Below are positions 63,250 through 64,000 of a stretch of 64,000 nt of DNA, one piece after another. Both the position numbers and the translations under genes were made by a program. This stretch comes from Longimicrobiales bacterium (GTDB lineage Bacteria; Gemmatimonadota; Gemmatimonadetes; Longimicrobiales; Gaopeijiaceae): assembly GCA_965203485.1 (NCBI GenBank), contig OZ241892.1, positions 2,432,001 through 2,496,000 on the forward strand, given 5' to 3'. The notes below the pieces were generated by a model. The model searched no databases. It was given only the letters and a program-made list of their open reading frames with translations, and had not been told where the DNA came from. The first letter of the stretch is position 1. The number at the start of each line of letters is the position of its first letter.

Positions 63250-64000
63250 ATTCTCCTCGCGATCTCCCGGAGCACCCCGGGACGCTACCGCCACAGCGAC
63301 GGATTCTGGTTTCAGTCCTCCCTCAGAAACCGCCGGTACACCGCTACTGCGAACACGATGCACATGACCGATACCACCAGTCCGGGGAACATCAGCCTAC
63401 CCTCCGAATCACCGTACCGCATCCCACGGCCCGGGCAACGGGACCGGCGGACAGACGGAGGAGAAGCTGGGGGTTGAGTTAGGTAGTCGGGTCGGCAGGG
63501 GTGCGATGGCAATCGCGAGCCCGGAAGCAACCAAGCTCCAAGTCGGCGACGGGGCAAGAGTAGACGCATCCACCGACGGGATGTGCCACTCTGCTGCGGA
63601 AGTCGCTTCAGCCGGGTGGGCCGCGATCGCCACGGCTACTAGCGAAGCAAGGAGAACTGGGGGGAGGGGGGGCGAACTGCGTTCATCGGAACTCTCAGCG
63701 TCGAGGTGGTGTATCGTGAGCTTGCGTCGCATGCGGAGCCTCTATCCGGTGCGGGGGCACCCTCTCGGACCCCCTCCTCTCGTCCGCAAGCCCTCCGGCT
63801 CCCGTGAGTCCGTAGCGTAACCATAGGAAAACCGACACGCAATGGGAAGCGGCCGGGCGTCGCCCGGCGGGGGCCAGCCTAGCCGCTTGCCGTCGTCTCG
63901 GGCGCGAAGCGCGTCCAGGCGACACCCGGCCCAGGAGGCGAACGTGCCCCCGATCACGCGCGACCGCGCTTCGGCCGCCAGGCGGATCAGGACGCGGAGG

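Overview
GC-rich bacterial window. The gene content (VPS10/BNR hydrolase, DUF5916, M28 peptidase, AAA-DUF4143 paralogues, retropepsin-like protease) suggests a Gemmatimonadota-like, possibly host-associated genome; this is inference only. (1) 1-17.8 kb is a minus-strand defence island. In transcription order: AAA-DUF4143, a ~1420-aa STAND/NACHT NTPase with a C-terminal PD-(D/E)xK nuclease, IS5, a second AAA-DUF4143, a transposase scrap, and a heavily deleted HTH-SNF2-DUF3883 helicase. Next come a clan-AA aspartic protease that reads in frame into a GHKL ATPase-nuclease (split by an intact IS3), a C5 DNA methyltransferase, two small ORFs and a DUF1156 adenine methyltransferase running off the left edge. 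(2) 17.9-22.3 kb holds an SDR gene with a decayed duplicate of its 5' half and a HigBA toxin-antitoxin pair. (3) 26-41 kb is a surface-glycan locus: GT4, Wzm/Wzt, an epimerase pseudogene, three GT-C proteins, a double GT2, a sulfotransferase, GmhA and HddA. (4) 43-50.6 kb encodes a GH2 beta-galactosidase, an SSS symporter and an M28 peptidase. (5) 50.7-56.8 kb is a divergent Rrf2-linked cluster. It pairs a CuA heme-copper oxidoreductase lacking the catalytic Tyr (GHSSQQ; eNOR-like NO reductase) plus SCO with an unusual cytochrome b-2x[4Fe-4S]-MvhD fusion; a perfect 14-bp palindrome lies between the two arms. (6) The right end has DoxX, DUF5916, ArsM, a fused methyltransferase and a 74-bp miniature derivative of the IS3. 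No rRNA, tRNA or CRISPR array was seen.
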